Positions 59,180 through 64,000 of a stretch of DNA of 64,000 bases are shown here, piece by piece. A program made the position numbers and the translations under genes. Position 1 is the first letter of the stretch. The number at the start of each line of letters is the position of its first letter. The notes beneath the pieces were generated by a model that saw only the letters and a program-made list of their open reading frames with translations, did no database searches and was not told where the DNA came from. The stretch lies in IMG/VR virus record IMGVR_UViG_3300029258_002750, positions 1 to 64,000 of that record; one strand, written 5' to 3'.

Positions 59180-60063
59180 ACACTCTCGCCGAGAACGCGA
59201 TCGATGCGCATCTCTTCTTCTCTCGTTATCCCCTCGTGGAGGGCTCCGGTGTGATCGAGAAGCTGGCCAAGAGGGCCATCGCCGGGGACATGAGCGCGCT
59301 TGGCGATCTTGTGACGAAGCTCGACAAGAACCTCAAGGCGACGGCTCGCGCGCGCGGCCGGGGCTCGCTCTCGAACGAAGATGTCGAAGATGTCGTGCAG
59401 GATGCGCTGACCAAGCTCCTCGAGCCGGGTCAGCTGGCGAAGTTCGAGAAGGACCCCGGCGGCATCGTCCCCTGGCTGCACCGGACCGTGATCAATGCGA
59501 CGATCAACTTGCGGAAGAGCAAGGGCAGGCGGGGGATGACCGGCATCTCTGTGGACGTGGCGCCTGGTGGGAGGGGGGTCGCCTCCGGCCTCACCCGGAA
59601 GAAGATGTCCACTACCAAGCGCGAGGTCGTGCGAGGGGCCGTCGCGCGCGCGATGACCGGCCACTTCACCAAGGCCGAGAAGGCGTTCATCATGTCGCTG
59701 TTCGGCGGCGACGACGAGTTCAAGATGCCCAGCAAAGGCGACGCTGAGGGCGCGGCCAAGGCCGCAGGCCGTAAGGGAACGAAGCGCGCGATCGAGGCGT
59801 GGTCCTCGCGGGTGAAGAAGAAGTTCCTGAAGGCGCTCTGCACCGATCGCCAGCTCTGCGACCTGCTCCCGTCGCACCAGGGCGTCACAGGCCGGGTCCG
59901 CAAGAACGTCAAGTACGCTTGCCAGGGCGTCGCCGGTTCGTGCGTCGAGTCCGAGATCGTCGAGTTTGCGTCGGCGCTGACAGAGGACGGTGGAAACTTA
60001 GATGAGGGCGCGGCTTGCGAGCTGGTGCTATCCTGGTTGCAGGAGGTTCTCGCCGAGGAGTGA
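59176..60063 (+). CDS. ECF-like sigma factor region 2 protein
   Basis: DVEDVVQDAL.KL...F.......WL..TVIN..IN..R. Confidence 0.6.
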   Translation: MNTLAENAIDAHLFFSRYPLVEGSGVIEKLAKRAIAGDMSALGDLVTKLDKNLKATARARGRGSLSNEDVEDVVQDALTKLLEPGQLAKFEKDPGGIVPWLHRTVINATINLRKSKGRRGMTGISVDVAPGGRGVASGLTRKKMSTTKREVVRGAVARAMTGHFTKAEKAFIMSLFGGDDEFKMPSKGDAEGAAKAAGRKGTKRAIEAWSSRVKKKFLKALCTDRQLCDLLPSHQGVTGRVRKNVKYACQGVAGSCVESEIVEFASALTEDGGNLDEGAACELVLSWLQEVLAEE

Positions 60064-60752
60064 GCAACTCGGGCAACAACTCGGGCAACAACTCGGGCAA
60101 CAACCCGCAGCGATCTCTGTTGACTCCGAAGCAGCAGGCCGCGATCAGCAAGAACAAGAGGCGCTATCGCTCGCTGGTCGAGAAGCGGCGGCTCGCGGTC
60201 TGGGAGTCCCACTGCGCGGGCGTCCCGAACTACCAGATGGCCCAGGACCACGGAGTCACCGAGCGGACCATCGAGCGTGACATCAAGTGGTGGAAGGACC
60301 GGCTCGGCTATCGTACCGACGAGCTGAAGGATCCGAAGAACGCAGCGATCGACGTCGGCATGACGGCGGCCAAGCTCGAGAAGGTCGCCGAGGACGCTTA
60401 CGTCGAGTACATGGGCGCTACGAACGGCCATCTCAAGGCCAAGTTCCTGATGGTGATGAACAACGCGCTCGTCAACCGCCACAAGATCCTCGCCGATGCG
60501 GGCTACCTGCCGAAGGTCGGCCAGGACCACGAGTGGAAGGAAGAAGTCAAGGTCACCTTCACCCAGCGGTTCGGCAAGGATGCGCCACAGGCTGTGTTCG
60601 ATGACGACAAGAAGCGGCGTCGGGTGCTTGAGGCGACCGAGGCCATCCTCAAGGAGAGCGCGCGGTCCGGTGTTCCGGTCAAGGCGCTCCTCGAACAGGC
60701 GGCGGCCAAGCCCGTGGAGGGCCAGGTCGTTGACGCTGACGATGCGGCGTAG
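60060..60752 (+). CDS. terminase small subunit-like HTH protein
   Basis: NYQMAQDHGVTERTIERDI; immediately before TerL; N-terminal 12-bp repeat x3 (NSGN). Confidence 0.65.
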   Translation: MSNSGNNSGNNSGNNPQRSLLTPKQQAAISKNKRRYRSLVEKRRLAVWESHCAGVPNYQMAQDHGVTERTIERDIKWWKDRLGYRTDELKDPKNAAIDVGMTAAKLEKVAEDAYVEYMGATNGHLKAKFLMVMNNALVNRHKILADAGYLPKVGQDHEWKEEVKVTFTQRFGKDAPQAVFDDDKKRRRVLEATEAILKESARSGVPVKALLEQAAAKPVEGQVVDADDAA

Positions 60753-62785
60753 TGATCAGCTACGAGCACGGTCGCTGGCGGTCATCTCGCACTAACACCG
60801 AGAAGCTGAACGCGGCACTCGAGGCCGTCCGTCAGCTGACTGACGAGGAGCGCGCCGCGTTAGGGCTCGTCCTCGGTGAGTTCGAGGGCACCGGCCATAG
60901 CGAGACCGCCGACGAGGCGGCCGAGTTCGAGTGGGAGGAGACGCCGCTTCCGATCGATGAGTGGCTCCAGAGTGAGTACCACATCGGCGAGACCGGCAAG
61001 GATCTCTACCCGATCCTCCGCGAGGATATGTGCGAGCTGTTCCACGCGGGCGCGCTCAAGAAGGGCGGCTACGCGGAGGCCGTACTCACGGGAGCTATTG
61101 GGTGGGGTAAGGATTACTTCGCAACCACGGCCACGATGCGGGTGCTCTACGAGGTGCTCTGCCTGAAGAATCCGCAGCACACGTTAGGGCTGGGCGCGGG
61201 CGAGCCGATTCACATTGTCCCGATCTCGCGAACAGTTGCCCAAGCCAAGAGAGTGGTTTTCGGCGGCCTCTGCAAGAAGCTCAACCTCGCCGACTGGTTC
61301 CGGGGCAAGTTCGTCGAGACGATGGAGGAGGTCCGGTTCCGAGACAAGGGCGTCTACATCGTCGGCGGCGCGTCACAGGATGCAAGCGCACTCGGGTTGA
61401 ACGTAATTTGTGCGTTGGTTGATGAATCGAACTTCATGGGGGAAGGCAAAGTTGCTACAGGAAGCGCCAGTGGTGAGGCGTATGATAAAGCAACAATGAT
61501 CTACAACGCGCTCGCCCGGCGCGTGAAGTCGCGATACGAGCGCCACGGCGTCTCCGGCCTGGTCTTCCTCATCTCGTCCAAGAGGTCTACTGAAGATTTC
61601 ACCGAGCGTCATCTGAAGCAGGCGATGAAGGACGACGATCCCACGGTCTTCGCCCGCGACTACGCCACCTGGCATGTGCATCCTGAGCCCTTCAAGGACC
61701 AGAAGTGGCACAAGGTCATGGTGTCGCCGAAGAGCGGCAAGAGCCGGTTGCTCGAGGAAGATGAGGACGTTGAGGAAGACGAGAACACGATCGTCTTCGA
61801 GTATCCCGACGACTACCACGAGGAGTTCGTCAACGACACGGACGGCGCGGTCCGAGACTTCGGCGGTATCGCGACCGACTTCGCGGGCAAGTTGTGGATC
61901 ACCCGGCGCCAGGCGATCGACGAGATGTTCGATCACGGTCGGCCGCAGTGGTTCGGTACCTCTGAGTGGAGGACCGACCGGATGCTGCGGTTCAACTGGA
62001 AGCTCTTCATGGGCGAGAGTGCGGACAAGGAACCTTGCCCTGCCTGCTGCCCTGGCGCAGTTCGACACGTTCACATCGACCTGAGCACGAACCAGTGCGC
62101 GACTGGCTTCTGTATGGGGCACGTGGCGGGTTCTGTCGAGGTGACCCGGCGCGACCCGGAGACGAACGAGCAGCGGCGGGAGGATGCCGTCGTTATCCAC
62201 ATCGACTGCATCCTGCGGATCGTGGCGCCGGACGGCGGCGATGTGGATCACGGCGAGGTTCGCGGCCTGGTCTACAAGCTGATGAAGGGCGGGGTCCCGA
62301 TCCGGTCGGTCTCGATGGACCAGTACCTAGCTCCCTCCAACCTCCAGATGTTCAAGCGCAAGGGACTCAGGACTGAGGAGATCGGCGAGCGGCGCTTCAA
62401 GCTCAAGCCTTACATCACGACCAGGCAGGCTCTCTACGAGGGGCGCGTGATGTCCCCTGTGTCCGAGAATCTGTCGAACGAGCTGAAGTCGCTCGAGTTG
62501 CACCCGTCCGGCAAGAAGGTGATCGTTCCCGCGAAGGGGTCGAAGGATCTGGCGGATGCGCTATGCGGCGTGGTCTACTACATCTCGGAGAACATGCGGG
62601 CCGGGGTTGTCCTCGCGCCATCGCTGGGGGTATCCGGGAGCGCGAGACCAAGCGGTCCGCAGTGGAGTTCCGGCGGGAATATCGACTGGGGCGACGACGA
62701 TGAGTACGATTATGCGCCTCCGCCTACGTCCGATGGCCCCGGCGGTGATGGTGGAGGGTTCTCGTCGTGGATCATTCTCGGCTGA
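60752..62785 (+). CDS. terminase large subunit
   Basis: TGAIGWGKD Walker A, LVDES Walker B, LISS motif III; nuclease HIDLS, MDQY, KDLADA. Confidence 0.9.
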   Translation: MISYEHGRWRSSRTNTEKLNAALEAVRQLTDEERAALGLVLGEFEGTGHSETADEAAEFEWEETPLPIDEWLQSEYHIGETGKDLYPILREDMCELFHAGALKKGGYAEAVLTGAIGWGKDYFATTATMRVLYEVLCLKNPQHTLGLGAGEPIHIVPISRTVAQAKRVVFGGLCKKLNLADWFRGKFVETMEEVRFRDKGVYIVGGASQDASALGLNVICALVDESNFMGEGKVATGSASGEAYDKATMIYNALARRVKSRYERHGVSGLVFLISSKRSTEDFTERHLKQAMKDDDPTVFARDYATWHVHPEPFKDQKWHKVMVSPKSGKSRLLEEDEDVEEDENTIVFEYPDDYHEEFVNDTDGAVRDFGGIATDFAGKLWITRRQAIDEMFDHGRPQWFGTSEWRTDRMLRFNWKLFMGESADKEPCPACCPGAVRHVHIDLSTNQCATGFCMGHVAGSVEVTRRDPETNEQRREDAVVIHIDCILRIVAPDGGDVDHGEVRGLVYKLMKGGVPIRSVSMDQYLAPSNLQMFKRKGLRTEEIGERRFKLKPYITTRQALYEGRVMSPVSENLSNELKSLELHPSGKKVIVPAKGSKDLADALCGVVYYISENMRAGVVLAPSLGVSGSARPSGPQWSSGGNIDWGDDDEYDYAPPPTSDGPGGDGGGFSSWIILG

Positions 62786-63057
62786 CTCGTAGGCCGCTCA
62801 AGACCCTGAGCGAGGTCGCGACGGGCCGCGAGCCCCACAAGGCCGACCGTCTGACCAACCGAGTTCGACGGCTCGTGGACAAGTTTGCCTCCAGGCGGTT
62901 CAACCGAGCTGGCTACAACCGCAAGGAGCGGGAGAACTACCACAAGCGGATCCCTCAGTCGCAGGACAAGCGTCGGCTCCACCCAGCTGACACCTCCGGC
63001 AAGAAGCGGGTCGCGCCCGAGAAGCGCGTCGGCGCGGGCAGGCTCCGCCGTCGATGA
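62767..63057 (+). CDS. small basic hypothetical protein
   Basis: Fills the gap between TerL and next gene; start uncertain. Confidence 0.4.
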   Translation: MDHSRLTRRPLKTLSEVATGREPHKADRLTNRVRRLVDKFASRRFNRAGYNRKERENYHKRIPQSQDKRRLHPADTSGKKRVAPEKRVGAGRLRRR

Positions 63058-63305
63058 GATGCCCTCGTTGCAAGCACCACGGCTCGAAGGTGACGAAGAC
63101 GACGCGCCCGATCGATGAGGGCATGTTCGAGTTCGGCACCCTGAAGAAGCGCGAGCGCCGGTGCGACGAGTGCAAGGGCCGGTTCTTTACCTACGAGATC
63201 CATGAGGATGCGTTTCGTAGAATGCTCACCCTTACTGAGGGTAAGCCTGTCCGCCGGTCGCTCCGAACGGGGGGCACGCCGAAGTACCGCAAGTCGCACG
63301 TGTAG
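63054..63305 (+). CDS. NrdR N-terminal-like Zn-ribbon protein (no ATP cone)
   Basis: MRCPRC...SKV..TR.....RERRCDECKGRFFTYE. Confidence 0.75.
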   Translation: MRCPRCKHHGSKVTKTTRPIDEGMFEFGTLKKRERRCDECKGRFFTYEIHEDAFRRMLTLTEGKPVRRSLRTGGTPKYRKSHV

Positions 63306-63312
63306 GGGCAGC

Positions 63313-64000
63313 ATGAACTGGGCAACCCTGATCGAGGTCGAATGCGACAAGGACATCAAGATCAAGGATCCGACGCCCAAGCCCGAGGTGCAGGCGTCGC
63401 CGATCATCCTGGGTCGGGTCACGGCCGCGATCGAGCGCGGTCGTCAGCGGGTCGATGCTCAGGCCGCGAAGCTCGCTAAGGCCAAGGCGAAGGTAGGCAA
63501 AGCGAAGACGGACAAGGCGAAGCACAAGGCCGAGGTCTCGGCGGCCTGCGAAGCGCTCCGCGTGAAGGCGCGAGAGGCCGACCTGGAGTTCTCCCTCAAC
63601 AGGTGGAAGAACCTGGAGGTGATGGCGAAGGAGAACCTGGCGAAGGAGAAGGAGACGCGGGCCAACCTCATCGCCAAGGGCAAGCCCACGGACCACGTGG
63701 ACGAGACCATCGCGAAGATCGAGGCGTGGCTGCATTTCGGCGGTAGTGCGTCGAGCCACGGCCAGGATCACCTGGCCAACCACGGGAACGAGGACTTCAA
63801 GCCTGGGCCGATGCTCGGCATCTCCTACAACTACGGCAAGAGCAAACTGCTCGGGCCGGACGGCAACGAGTTCGACCCTATCTCGTGTTTCGAGACTGAG
63901 AAGGAGAAAGCAAAGACCGATGCGGTGATGACGGCCCTCGCGCCTGAGCCATCGCTCGAGCCCGCGACCGAGCCGGTCGTGGCTGGACCGAAGTCGGTCG
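63313..64000 (+). CDS. coiled-coil hypothetical protein (3'-truncated)
   Basis: Open frame from ATG 63313 to window end. Confidence 0.6.
   Translation, partial: MNWATLIEVECDKDIKIKDPTPKPEVQASPIILGRVTAAIERGRQRVDAQAAKLAKAKAKVGKAKTDKAKHKAEVSAACEALRVKAREADLEFSLNRWKNLEVMAKENLAKEKETRANLIAKGKPTDHVDETIAKIEAWLHFGGSASSHGQDHLANHGNEDFKPGPMLGISYNYGKSKLLGPDGNEFDPISCFETEKEKAKTDAVMTALAPEPSLEPATEPVVAGPKSV

Noticed and set aside
60060-60105. Functional DNA repeat (CAACTCGGGCAA x3)
   Set aside because: Simple in-frame slippage repeat encoding NSGN at the TerS N-terminus.
1-64000. Stop-codon reassignment (TAG), suggested by CUA loops at 12157-12245
   Set aside because: Long conserved ORFs are intact in the standard code and many end in TAG; no complete CUA tRNA was found.

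Overview
High-GC (roughly two-thirds G+C, by eye) segment of a large tailed-phage genome; the host is not identifiable from sequence alone. Left end: nucleotide salvage genes (dNK fragment, thymidine kinase), a MoxR/VWA pair and a radical-SAM gene. 8.4-16.9 kb (minus strand) is a dense RNA island with 44 tRNAs, tmRNA, several pseudo-tRNAs, three circularly permuted tRNA mimics (YrlA-type Y RNAs), shorter Y-like RNAs and other tRNA-like RNAs, followed upstream by a Ro60/TROVE gene. Two further solitary tRNAs lie at 6.5 and 28.2 kb. The middle carries small accessory genes, GroES, a 5'-nucleotidase and a TGT-fold protein. The right half is a replication/recombination/packaging module: HTH initiator with iteron-like repeats, beta clamp, DnaC-like loader, DnaB, primase, SSB, PolA with a mini-intein, 4 DNA methyltransferase genes, SF2 helicase, RecA, Cas4-like nuclease, RuvC-like resolvase, UDG, two sigma-like factors, and the terminase subunits. 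Three signals stand out. (1) All 42 elongator tRNAs of the array have a TGC T-loop (G55), and where the D-loop is readable it has AG instead of GG (A18), whereas initiator tRNAs and the Y-RNA mimics keep the canonical G18/U55 elbow (tmRNA keeps a TTC T-loop). (2) A covarying family of about 6 Y-like RNAs sits beside Ro60. (3) A roughly 10-aa tag, SA(V/I)(D/E)xL(A/G)(D/A/E)(L/I/V), is grafted onto about 18 unrelated proteins. All tRNA and RNA folds were done by hand, and protein family calls come from motif recognition, not database searches.
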